Origin: Paraspadella gotoi
Lineage: Eukaryota > Animalia > Chaetognatha
NCBI GenBank assembly: GCA_051294375.1
Contig: CM119265.1
Location: forward strand, 20,120,966-20,184,965
Direction of reading: 5' to 3'
DNA: 64,000 nucleotides
The notes beneath the pieces were generated by a model, which was given only the letters and a program-made list of their open reading frames with translations, made no database searches and had not been told where the DNA came from. Shown here in pieces: positions 35,790-48,471 of this stretch (position 1 is its first letter; the number at the start of each line of letters is the position of its first letter). The position numbers were made by a program, and so were the translations under genes.

Positions 35790-36587
35790 TCATAAATCAT
35801 CCGCTTTCGTCCTAAACGTCCTTTGCATCATCGCCGACAACTCTTCGAGATCCCGACTCACGAACCCGGCGAATCCCGCTGCTTTCGCCTCCTCCTCGGT
35901 CAGTCTCACGCGGTGATCGACGAGATAGGCGTGCATGCCTCGCCTTTTGGCCGCCGCAAAGTCTTTCACGACGTCGTCGCCGACGTGTACCGCCTCGGTC
36001 GGATCGGCGCCGAACGGCCGCAGAGCCGCGTCAAACATACGGGGGTCGGGCTTCTCGAACCCGGTCTCGTGCGAAGTCAGGACGAGATCGAAGGCACCGC
36101 CAATGCCGAGAGAGTCGAGAATGCCGCGGAGTCGGTCGTCGCTGTTGGAAACGACGACGAGACCGATGCCGGCGGCCTTGAGGCCCACGAGGAGGGCGTC
36201 GGCGTGGGGGAAGACCTCCCACTCGAAGGAATCGTAGAGGTGATCGGCGATTTGGTCGAGCATCGCTTCGTCGGCAGCTGCGAATGTCTTATATTCCCGT
36301 GATCCTTCGATCAGAGTCTTCTTGACCACCTCGCCCCACCACCGTCGCCCGTCGAGGCCTTCCTGGCGACCGTAAAGCGGATATCGCTTCCGCTGCGCGC
36401 CGAGTTGCGCGACGAAGGCGCGCTGTAGAGAGACGGCGTCGAGGCGCCACCCCGCCAAACGGAGGGCCGCGGTGGCGTATTGAGATCCCACGCTACCGCC
36501 CGACGGTTTGATCAAGGTGTTAGTCACATCAAAAGTAGCCACAGACAAAAAACAAACACCGCGCAAAGCAAAGGCGCCTTTCGGCAT
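35790..36587 (-). CDS. HDHD3: HAD-like hydrolase, HDHD3/Reg-2-like, intronless
   Basis: HAD motifs TFDVTNTL, VVSNSDDRL, EKPDPRMF and HVGDDVVKD. Confidence 0.85.
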   Translation of the reverse strand: MPKGAFALRGVCFLSVATFDVTNTLIKPSGGSVGSQYATAALRLAGWRLDAVSLQRAFVAQLGAQRKRYPLYGRQEGLDGRRWWGEVVKKTLIEGSREYKTFAAADEAMLDQIADHLYDSFEWEVFPHADALLVGLKAAGIGLVVVSNSDDRLRGILDSLGIGGAFDLVLTSHETGFEKPDPRMFDAALRPFGADPTEAVHVGDDVVKDFAAAKRRGMHAYLVDHRVRLTEEEAKAAGFAGFVSRDLEELSAMMQRTFRTKADDL

Positions 36588-37022
36588 TTGAGATCAGGGT
36601 TTTGATTCAAGAAAAGATGGGCTGAATTTTACTTTCGCCTCCCTAACTCCGGTCGGCGAAAGTAAAAGTAACCCGGTATTGGCTTAGGTATGTAATTACT
36701 TTGATAACTTTCGAATTTTAGGTAAAGTTTTGTCGGTTGCTATTTTTATGAGGCGAGACAATAGATATTTTGACTTTATGTTTCCACTAAGTCTACACCT
36801 TTCTAAAAAAATTTTAGAGGATTCATAATTTAAATGATATATTATATACTTTTTAACAAATGAAAATAATACGAAAATGCAATACAGTAATCTGAAATGA
36901 CGGCCTAAATAAAAATTAGGACCACTGTCAGCCTGGAAAAAGAAAGTGTGGATTTATAAATTAAAGAAATGCCAAAAAATGTTTCTCGAGCAGACAACAA
37001 AAAACAAAGGTTTTTCTCCTTT

Positions 37023-40000
37023 TCAAGCCACATCGCCCGCATTGGCGGCGGGTAGAGAGAAATGGGTTTTGGTCAAACAACCAAGCAACATTTCCATCTT
37101 GGACATAAAGTTTTGCCCCTCTATCCTCTTCCAATCCACTTCCTCGTATTCCCTCGCCAAAACCTCCCAGTCCTTGTCGAACAACCGCTCCTCCTCCTCC
37201 TCCTCCTTCACTTCCACCTTTTTCCTTGGATCGTCCGTTCGTTTAACGAAGACTCGGGGTCCCTGACGAGAGTCGACTCTGAACAGAAAAGGATTCCAAT
37301 GGTTATATTGATATTACGCAAACCAATTTCTTTAATACTAAACCTAAATCTACGATTATTCAAATATAAACGTGAGTTAAGACTCGCCTCACGGCGACGA
37401 GGGCAGTGGAGCAAGGAGAAGCGAGAATGGTGGAGGATACGTGACCCCTTGGGTCCATAGGACCGGCGCCGAGATTAAGATTTCCCGAGACGGGATGCCA
37501 GTGAAGGTTTTTACAAAACGACTGGACTACGTGAGTGTGATGGAGACACATAAGGGTAAGCAAAACATCCTATTGGGAAATGTAATACGTACGTATTTAT
37601 CTTTACATTCATTACTTGATAGTTAAACTTTATAATACTTATCAATTTTTATACTCGGGGGGAAAAAAAAAATTGAAGCCATTTTTTTTTAAACTTCAAA
37701 GCTAAATTATATTACATTTAAAGCTTTTGATTTCCTCTCCGCCCCGAAAATCAGTGACAACCACCGAAAAACCCACCCTCAAATGATTGGGTTCCTGCGT
37801 GAGTCGAATGGCCCTGGAGTCGCGGCCGATCAGGGTCATGCTATCCGTCTCGACGTGCAGCACGGCGGGGGTCCGGTAAACCCAGTCGTAGCCTGAAGTC
37901 ATTATTAATATTTAACGTCAGTTTTTGGCGAAACGTCAGGGAAGAAAAATGATTATTAATGCGGAAAAAGTGAATCACTCTTTCGTGCGGTTTTCCCCGA
38001 AATCTATTCTCGTCCGGATGATAAAATTATTTTTCACGACCCGAGAAACCGAAAATTGCACCGAAAATGAGAGATGATTAAGTCTATTCTTTAATCGTAA
38101 ACGATAAATATAAAATTCGGTTTATTTCTTTGAAAAAATAAAAAAATAAAAAGTGAAATGAAAAACACAGGCAAAAATATGACACCTTGTAATCTTTTAA
38201 ACAATTTTATTAATTATTTACGTAGACAATATCTTGAAACTGACACAAACAAATAAGTTGTCAAAACTAACCTGCGGAAGTGATGCAAATACGACAGGTG
38301 GCGTGAAGGGGATGCGTAATGGCGGCCCAGTGGACCGTCATTTGGGGGTCAGGCATATCGACGACAAGGCGGTCGATCACGTCGGACGCTCGTTGACGGA
38401 GGACGGCGTGCTTGGCCTGAGCCACGATCGCCGACAAAAGGGTCTGATGAGTAAAAATGGTGGAAAGGGTGGACCGGTCCGCGGCCAGGGGGCCTAAGAG
38501 TCAAAGGGCAAAAAATGAGAAAAAGGGTTCTTTCTTCTTTCAAATTTATATAATTCACAAAATAAACTGACCGGCGAGTCGTCGTCTCTTGTTAGGTTGG
38601 ATGGTCGATGTAATTGGAATCACCGGAGCGTCCTGGTGCAAGGAATTATGATGATGCTCCCTCAGCAGCTGGTGCAAAGCGTGTTCCAACACTTGGTCGT
38701 GGGGCCCGTCGGCAGAACCGACCGTCTGCTGTTCGTCTGGAATTCAAAGGCATGGTTAAATTTCGTTAAATTCGTAATTCCGTTACTGGCAGACCTTGCG
38801 ATTTTGAGTGGGCATGACAAAGCGCGACGCAAAGCTGAATTCCAGGAAAAACATGACACAAAATTTGATTTTCACAGACGACGTGCGGGACGGCGGCGTC
38901 GGATTGGACGGCTTCGCGGGCGAGTTGGGAGAAGACCTAACAGATATTAAAGTTGAAGAACTATTAAAGTTAATAATAAATCAGCAAGTTTATATTTACT
39001 TGCCTCTTTGCAAAATAAAACGTTTTGCGCGATCTCTAGTTTTTGCTGCCAGTGTTGAGGCGGCGCCGAATCCGGAGGCAGTTGCGGTAACCGACACTTG
39101 GCCGTGATGAGAGGAGCGCCTTCTGGCGCAGAACGAATAAAGACTTGAAGATACGCAGAGCCTTGAAGGTCGACGGGGACGGAAACGCGGAGAGTCGACT
39201 TCCGGTTGGTCGCCGGGTCCATCGGCGCCGACGCCATTTCCTCTTCATCAGCTTTGGTCACTTCGAAAGCGCCCGCTTGCCGGAAGCGAGAACCCGTGGA
39301 GCTGGGAATAATAGGGGGTGGTATCAAGTTGAGGATCAGACGGAAGGAAAAGAGTTCTTGGGGTGTTTACCACGCAAAGGGAAGTCATATTGGTGTAGTA
39401 AACCACCCGAAGGCTATATAACGACGAAACACGAGAGTGAAGGATCATTAAATTAATCAAAGACTTCCTCAAGCTGTTTTTGAATGGGTTTGGTTATATT
39501 TAACTTTTCCCATGATTTCTATTCTTTGTGCCTTAAAAATGAAGCTAGAAGTTTTTGAATATTTTTTATTCTTCCGAAAAAAAACCGATGTATTCGACGC
39601 GAAAAATGATAGTCGATAAGGGGAACCCCGCTAAGAGTTTCACAAAAGCAATAAAATTTTACAATCGGGAGAAGTACAGAAGCTGAAGAAATAATGAAAG
39701 AGGCAATATGACAAATTGACAAGGATGAGGAAAGATAATTTCACAAATTAATCTGCTACAATAAGAAATATTTCAAAAGTAAGAATTTGAAGAGAGAAAA
39801 CATTTTTTTCTTAGATAAAATAAAAATTAGTTAAACTGTCGCCATGAATTTAAAAAAATCAAAAATCAAAATCAAAATCAAGTTTTTTTATACGTAATTT
39901 AGCCATGACTTTTTCTTGCTCTTACCGATAACTGAGATCACCGACGATCGTCTTTCCCGTTCGCTTGAGGCGCCAGTTTTGGCGCAAATGCAGGAGGTCT

Positions 40001-40956
40001 TCATGAAAATTAGCGTTCGTGGCGACGGAGCTTTGAGCGCCACCACTGTCCTGAAAAAAAAATGAAGAATAGGAAATTTTTGGCAGGGTTTCGCTGTGGT
40101 GACTAATGAGATAATGAAACATCCTTACGTTCAAAGTTCTACGGAGGCTCTCGGCACCGGTAATAATGATGTTGCTAGCGATCCCAAGGTTTTTCTTCTT
40201 CGTCAACATCTGAGGTATAGGCTTAGGTTCGATCGGCTCCGGCTGAACAGGCTCAAGTCGCATGTACCTTATAGTTTTAAAGTGAAAAAAATATTATATC
40301 ATTTGCATTATTAACCTACACCTAAGTGACGAAAATATAGAGTTATTTTTACTACATTATCCGTATTCTAAAACTAACTTTTCAATACCTTTTATCTTTG
40401 GCAAGGTGGATAACGTCCAAAAGAACGTTAACTTCTTGAAGAGAACTTCTAATTTTGTTCCTCACTTGTTCCCACGGCCAATGAGGTTGCGTAGCCGCCG
40501 CCTAAAAAAAAGAAGCAAAGATATATTACCCGCTAAAGATTGAAAGAACTTAAGATTTTAGAAGCCCAGGTACTTGAGCAATTTCTTTGGCGGTTTTTGC
40601 TTCCTCGGCGCTCTCGTCCGCGGCGGTTTTTTCCCCGCCCCCGTCACTTTCCCCGGCTTCGTCGTCTTCGTTGGGCTCGGACGCCGAACTTCCTGACGTT
40701 CGAACAGCGAAATAAGTATTTCTTCAGAAATGCTAATAGCTTCCTTTCTTTTCAAAATACGCTTTAATTTTTTCCTACCGACTATTTGATCAGAGAAGTC
40801 TATCCTTTGGGCCAACCGGCTAAGGTTGTCGGACATCGTTAGTGGCTGGACATAAATCTCTTGTCCGTCGAGCGTCACTTCGCGAATCATTGACTCCTGC
40901 GGCGCCTCAACGCAGATCGGCACCGATGGTACCGAGGCGTTGTTGGAGAGCGCCAT
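37023..40956 (-). CDS. MED17: Mediator complex subunit 17, multi-exon
   Basis: [73 protein letters not shown]|VFSQLAREA and C-terminal [17 protein letters not shown]. Confidence 0.9.
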
Positions 40957-41828
40957 TTTTCACAGATCCTTAGTTAATTACCTGAACAGTTCATGTATAC
41001 AAAGTGGATATCAAAAATAGATATTGTTCGAATAAAGAAATCAATCCCGAAAAAGAGAATAGAGATCGAAAAAGAAAAGACTAGATCGTCGTTTTGTTTT
41101 ATTAAGGCAATTTTATTTGTGGAATTTGTGAGACACGAAAATGATTTCAAAAAGGAAAGCATCGCTGGTTCTCTTTACAGACTGTATCACGACTTTATTA
41201 TCTTTACTTGAACTACTGGATATTTTGATTCACAGGAGCACGAATCCTAAAGAATAAAATGAATTTTGAAACTATTGATTTTGGAATCATAGTGTTTTAC
41301 ATTTATTTTATTAACAGATTTCCTAAAATCAGACAAAATACAGTTTATATTGTCTGAAATTCAATATAAATGCAAAAAGATTATAGTATATTTATAGTTT
41401 AAGTGCACTTATGCATTTCACCAATCCAAAAACTATCAAAAATATATCTCATCTCATACTAATTTATTAGATAAGAAATTACTTAAACTGAAAAAAAAAA
41501 CTATTTAGGGCAATTATTTAATTTATGATTTTAGTTTTAGTAACTTAATCACCAATTAGGGTAATCTACCCTTTATTAGCACTGGTCACCAGTCATACAG
41601 GTTTACTGTGCTGACCCTTGCTTCATGTGCATACCGCCCAAATCCAATGAAACTAATGTTAGGATCGCCCGACATCTCATTACAATATTAGAAGAAAAAA
41701 AAGCGGTTATTTTCTTAGTCTGATTTCAAAAAATCTGAGCTCATTAAAAGCTTTGTTCTTAATAAAAAGTATCTTCAATTTTCAAAAAAATATTTTTTTC
41801 ATTCTATCCCTCGCCCTTAAGTCCCACG

Positions 41829-43164
41829 CTAATAATCCCGCCTTCTAGGCATAGTCATTTTGTAGACGATTCCCTCGACGCCCGGATCCATGTGCCAAAT
41901 TGCATAGGAGACGAGGTAAACGGTGACGGCAAAGAAGACTCCAGTCCAAATCGAGATGTTGAATATTAAGGGATAATTAGCGTCGTAGTGGCTTGCGATA
42001 TTGTCATCATTCTTTTTCTTTTTTTGTTCGTCAGATCCTGGGTGGAAATAAACAGCTATCAGGTTATAATCTTATCTAGCCTGAGGCTATAATTATTTGT
42101 ACGTACTACAATAATTTTCTGATAAAAACGTAACACCAACTTACCGACATCCCTCCGGACGCGAATAGGTGCTCTGAAGCTCCCGTCCCCAGAGGGCAAG
42201 GTCAAAAGTTGGACAGCGATTTCGTCTCCAGAATAGATGGTCGTAAAGTTTTTTACGATCTAAATAGGACATATTTGTAATTACAAAGATTTACCTTTTT
42301 CTGTCACGGAAATATCATAGCAATCCTTTATAATTAGGAAAAGTTAAAAATCACAATGCAAACCATCACCCAATTCAATTCACCTCATGAAGGACGTGTC
42401 CAAGAATTTTCTCCATCTCTTTCGACGATTCGGCCCCGGCTGGCATCTTTATTTGGTAGACGAAGACTATAGGCGCTTGAGCAAGGCGTAGAGCGCCAGT
42501 TTCCGCCATGAAGTAAGTGGTTCTTAAAGAGAGCGACTGAAGATCGGCCAAAAAAGAAGCTTCCGGAGGATTAGAGGCGTTGAGACGGAGATGGAATTTC
42601 TGTGTGAATTGTGAGTCCATTTACAAAATATTTAAAAGTTAAAACAAGGGAGAAAAAAAAAGGAAAATTAACCTGGGCTATAGACAAGGCCCCATCGATC
42701 CTCTCAATGAACGACAACGATTGAACGAACGCCAGATTCGTTGCTGACGCCGAGTTTCCTGGCATTTCTGTCTCGTCGACTCCGACAGTAACGACTTCGG
42801 CCGCGTCCCCGAACGTTTTCTTCATCTGCCGCTTCAATTTCGTCAAATCCACTTCGGCATTTGTCGTTGCAGTGACGCAGGAAGCGCCGCCGCACGAGAA
42901 GCCGAGATCCTGGGGAGTGTCGACGCCATGAACGACGATCAGTAGGTCTGCTTTTGGGCGGCGAAGCGTGTTTCGCCTCAAACCCGCCCAGGAATCCCGC
43001 GAGAAACGAAGTCCGAGCATCCTACCCACGAGATATCCGACATCTCCAGTGTCGATACCGGGCGCGGAGGCGTCGACAAGGACCGTAGACGGGTTGTGCA
43101 CAAAGTTTAAGCTCTGAGAGTCGGCGAGAGCGAGGGTAGCGACGAAAATTGCATATAGTAACAT
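41829..43164 (-). CDS. ATP6AP2: Renin receptor / V-ATPase accessory protein 2-like, multi-exon
   Basis: Signal peptide, RRPKA motif, furin-like RVRR and C-terminal YDANYPLIFNISIW..TM..WHMDPGVEGIVYKMT. Confidence 0.85.
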
Positions 43165-45187
43165 GTCTTTATTAATAAGCGTTTACTGAAAGAATAAATA
43201 CGAGAGCTTCAATAAGGAATGCTTACTTAAAATAGGGAAAATTCTCGTTCGATTCGTTACAAGGATCGCCTGTATGCCAGGGGGCGAAAAATTTAAGTGG
43301 GCTTAAAACCGGCGCGGTTGTTTTGTCTCTTTTACAATACCTCTATTGCTTTTATTTTGTTATGCATAAGATAATGCCATATATTTAACTAAACCTCCCC
43401 ATCACATTCATCATTTTACAATTTACATTCGTGAAAAATTATATCCGAACTCAAACCTTCACCAAGTAATTTGTACAGTAGATTTTTTTTTTTCGACCAA
43501 AGTGTTTTTATACCCGAAATGACGTTATGTATCGGTTGGTCTGCTCAAGGGCTGTCAATTAAGATATTTAAAATAATCGCTACAGTATAAAAAATGTATT
43601 TTAAATACGTAAATTTTTAAGCTTTTAATTAGAGTTTTTTCTTTAAAGCATATTAATTACAATAATTTTTAAGTTTAAAGCAAATGGAACTTCTTAATCA
43701 AATAGTGATTTAATTTAAGCTGTAAAAAATTTTTTTCATCAGAAATTGTTGCATAAACATTAAACAAATTCTTCTCTACCATTTAAGTAGGTAGACAGAG
43801 ATTTCAATATGAAACATTTACAACCAACAGAAGACTATTTTATCTCTATTATCATATTCATAAATATTTGTAGTCGCTGTTAATTTTAAATTTAATTTTA
43901 ATTTAAAAGGAAAATGATGAAAAAAGTCCTAAAAGCCCCATATCTCGGCTTAAGGGTTGAATATAAAAAATCGCCTAAAGTTAAATTTGCATGTCCACCT
44001 TAAAATTAAAATTTTCATCAAATTAGGTCCATCAGTTTGGTCGGGACCAATTCTGGGCTCGAAGAAACGAGCTATGATTTTATAATAAGAAGCCTTCTGT
44101 ATTGAATTCTTATAGTTCCCTACTAGGGCGTTTAAAAATAACAAAATATAACAAATCGTATAAGGTACATAGCTATTTTAGTGTAAACAAGTCTGTAGAA
44201 TTCGATGGTGATGACAATTCTTTGTATAATTTTATATTTCCTGTTAAAAATGACGATTTTTAATGTATATAAAATTGTCATAAAATAGTAAAACCATTAT
44301 AAGTTATGATAAATCAAATTTTTAACTTTAGTAATATAAAAATAAAGACTTAGTAACAATTTCAAAATTTGATTCCTTCATTTACATTTCTTTCAAAAAT
44401 TTGTTATAAATAAGAAAATATAATTTTTATATCAAAATTATGTCTTTAAGTTGGTCAAAATTATAATTTTTCTCATTTTAATTTGACTTAAAATTCTAAT
44501 TTTAAGCCAAAAATTACAAAATTTTTAAAAAAATGGTTTTTAATATTTTTAACCTACTTTATGAAAGAATTTGTTAAAATGGATTATACTTTCTTACTTG
44601 GTTATTTGGTTAAATTTTGAAAATGCCTCCGATATTTCTATTTATAAGGTTTATTAGCATCACAGAAGAATAAAAATATGCAAATCAACTTAAAGCCGTT
44701 TTAAAATCATTTAACACAATTTGTTTTTTTCAATAGGCAATATCAGTTAGATACAGGTTTCAATTGCATTTAATTGTAAGCACAGTTAAATAAGAATATT
44801 CAACAAAGTGTTCACATTTGAGAATGCATAATTTTGTTGATTTTACAATGAATTATACAGGTATTTCGGCATATGTTGCTATGTCATCTGCAGTGGCATG
44901 AAAGAAATAATAAAAAAATTTAAAAAAATTTAATATAATTTTTCTTTCTACTGAAGATGACAAGAGACATAAGTCGAAATTTTTTTTTTTCTTTAGCACT
45001 TTAATTTGTAACATTTTAAAAACTAATTACCAACGAACATGTAAAAAATAATAAAAATGATAACTCGTGAATATCACACCTTTATTTATTTAAAATTTAA
45101 TTAATAAAATGTAGTATAGGTATCTTACTTTGAAAGCAAGGATCAATTTATTTAAGTTGGAGAAACCTTACTATATTCCCGAATCAT

Positions 45188-48165
45188 TTATTCTAAACCT
45201 ATACTACCATGTTCAATAATAAGGTGATCATAAATGAATTGTAATTCGAATTTTTTATTACAAAGATAACACCAATGCGATTCACATTGACTGCAGTGAA
45301 TGTGATTGCATCCATAAGATTTAATAGTTGGGGCTTGGCAGCCTGGACACTTTGAGATTGCTAAGAATTTTACCATTGATGCTTCGCAATCTTCACAAAC
45401 AAAATTATCCGTTGATGAAAATGGAATTTCTGAATCTACTGCACAATGCATGGGCCCAATTTCCTTAATCTGCGCACATCCTTTGCACCATCCATAATAT
45501 AGATCAGGGTTCATTCGTTTATAAATATTTTTAATATGCGATCCATGAAATAAACTTTTTGCCAGTTTGTTATATCGTTCAAATACTTTCAATTTCGGAG
45601 TATTTTTACAAAAAGGACACACCAAATGTGACTGTAGTATTACTTTGCCAGGCTGAATCTGATTAACCCATCTGTTGATACATTCAGAACATGATAGATT
45701 TTCGCAATTACCACAAGGACTTGGGAACATAAGTTTGACAACTTTTTCTTCACAGCATAAAAGACACATCTCAGAGAGCGATCCATCAAGAACTTCGGAC
45801 TTTATCTGATTAATCAGGTTTTCCTGATTGTGAACATGTTGACCCTTAATTTTTAAGCTAAAAATAGGCTCTAAAGCAGCTTTACGAGATATGACTGGCC
45901 AATGTTCTGTAAAGATTTTAAAACTTTTTGAATTACCGATCAGTATTTCAAAAGAATCCTGACCGAATTCAAATAATGATATCAAGCTCAAATTGTACTG
46001 AAAGATATCTTCTAGACAAACTATTTTGTTTTCAAAAGAAGTAATTGGTTTATAAGCGCAGGTAGGGCATTTCCATTCTTGTGATGAAAATTGATTAGAC
46101 GGATTTATGTAAGTATTCAAACATAACACACAGGTTATTCGGTGACCATCAACATTAAACCGACAATAATAGCATTTGGGTTCAACTCTTAAATCTTGAA
46201 TACGAACTACCTCATAAATTGATTGACAAGTTTTACATGTTACTAATTTGGAATACTGGTCACAATTATCGACAGAAGAAGCTATCACTTCATATGATGA
46301 ATCTTGTTCTTTAAAGACGCAGAGTCCGCATTTGCCATTCAATGTCATTAATGTAAAAGATCTATGATGTTTACAAGAGATGCATTGTAATTTATAATCG
46401 GCGTAAACATACTTAGAATTTGGGAGGTGTGCCACTTTTAATGAAAATTGTTTTTTCAATGCTAATCGTATCCTAATAATAATGAATAACCTATGATAGA
46501 CAGTTTTTTCCTCGAGTGTGGTAAACATAGGAATCTTATTTATTAGCTTAACATTTTCATCTGATAAAAGTTCAGGAGAATCTTTCATTTTATCTAATTT
46601 TATCCACTTTCCAATATTTTCATGAAGAAAAATACGAGCACGTTCTGCTAAGTACTTATTATTAGATAAATGAGCAAGAATAGCCAGCAAAAGAGAACCT
46701 CTAAGTGAAAAACGCATACCACGGGAAAGTAAGTGTGGTAGGCATCCGAAAAGATCTACATTAGAGAGACAAACAGGCAAATAAATAGGAATATCGCCTG
46801 CTTTCGGAAATTTGTTTTTAATATTTTCTGTCAATATCAAATGGGTCAATAACATCTGTGCTGCTTTTAAACCGCTTACAGTCGGAGCACGAGCCAACGA
46901 CCTAAGGCATTCAATATCATAATGTTCTTTAACAGCAGCAGGATCTAAAATCAAACAAGGTGAATCTTGTAAAGAATTAGAAATCAGTTTTGTAATTTCT
47001 TCCGTCTGATCGTAGGAGTTCTCGATCCAAACACGTAATTGCTGCTTCTTCTTGTCATCTAAAATATTGTCCAAAGCTAAAGAAAGCTTTGATTTCAAAT
47101 TATCAAGCCGAGAGTCTCCTCTTTGTTTACAGCACAAACGCCAAAGTTTACCAATTATTGGATTATATGTAAGAGCTAAGCATCCTTCTGACGTAAACAT
47201 ATCACTTAAGGTGGAGAATACTAAATCTCTGAAAGTTTCCCTTGAGTCATAGTTTATAAGGAGCTCTTTAATGTTATATAAATCAGTAATCTTTGATAAG
47301 TAATCAAACTTAAAAGGCTCCGTTTCTTTTATATCAACTGATTTTATTTGGGGGTAATCAGCGGAAGACTCACTTTTCACATGAGCAAGTATTTTCTCTT
47401 TGTCTTTGATGCGACAGAGGAAAAAATCTGTATCATAGGCAAATTCATCTCCAAAAATATGTAAAAGCATACCCATCGTTGCTTTAGTAACATTGTAAGG
47501 ACAAGTATCTTTAAGCAATATCACTTCACCAAGTAAACACATGCATACTTTAGTCAGCGCACAACTGCCCGCTGTTATAAAGCTATAAACTGGCACACCA
47601 AGATTGGCAAAGGCTTTACAAATATCTATCCAATCCCACCCTGGATTTTTAGTTTGTAAATGATTTTCTTCTTTCTCCTGGTTTCCTCTATCGCTGTTAC
47701 TCTGTTTACAATGAGGAGGAGCATCTGTGTAATGAATCACAATACTTTGTGAAGTTTGGCTATTTTCAGCGTTTTTAATCATTTCTATTACATAATTTAA
47801 AGCAGTTTTTGTCGCTTCAGGGGCATCACCTCCTCCTTCAGCATTTAAATTATCAACAAATGAAATAACATCTTTCTCAGAGGAGCCGATGGATACTGAA
47901 GTACACACCTTTTCACCATCGCAGTAATCCTTATAAGAAACTACAGCGATTTTAGCGCGATTTTGAAGGACAAGGTTGATAATGGCCATGATCTAAAATG
48001 ATTAATAATGATGAAAATTTTTTTTTTTCAATCAGATTTAATAGTGCTAAATAAACCTGTTTTATTGTAAGAGGCAATGATTTTGCATATGACCCCATCG
48101 ATCCTGTTGTATCAACCACAAAAATAATGTTAAGGTTAAGTTTATGTGAGCAAATGTCGCCAGCC
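45188..48165 (-). CDS. von Willebrand A domain + Cys-rich zinc fingers + RING/IBR-like C-terminus (putative RBR-type E3 ligase); 5' end unresolved
   Basis: A MIDAS exon (IFVVDTTGSMG) splices to the 933-aa ORF containing GGGDAPEA, YTDAPPH, many CxxC pairs and KCPGC..IKSYGCNHIHC..C.SHWCYLC. No start codon was found upstream of the MIDAS exon. Confidence 0.8.
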
Positions 48166-48383
48166 TGAATAAAAATTGGGGTTAAAAGCAAGTAGTGTCT
48201 TTTTGTTTCCACGAAGTTTGTTAGCTAAGCAAAAAAGTATGTAAAACCTTGACACAAAGTAAAAGGATAGAATCAGAGGCAAAATGACGATCTGAGATTC
48301 TATTCTTTAGAGGAAAACAAGCGTATGATTACCCCTATCTTCAAGCAACGTTAGAATTCAACAATTTCAGATTAATACTTTAG

Positions 48384-48471
48384 ACGAAAATTGAGTAAAT
48401 ATTGATTTATTTACATTATCAACAACGGTAGGTTGTAAATGTAAATAAATCTATATTTACTTAATTTTCGT
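48384..48471. repeat. Fold-back inverted repeat (34-bp arms)
   Basis: ACGAAAATTGAGTAAATATTGATTTATTTACATT pairs with AATGTAAATAAATCTATATTTACTTAATTTTCGT, with 2 differences between the arms. Confidence 0.85.

Noticed and set aside
41560-41685. GC-richer patch between ATP6AP2 and MED17 considered as a snoRNA or SECIS
   Set aside because: No convincing C/D or H/ACA boxes or SECIS core, and no in-frame TGA in the upstream gene.
43186-43230. Acceptor upstream of the ATP6AP2 ATG as a trans-splice site
   Set aside because: A GTAAGC donor lies about 43 nt upstream, so a short cis 5'UTR intron explains it equally well; not counted as evidence.
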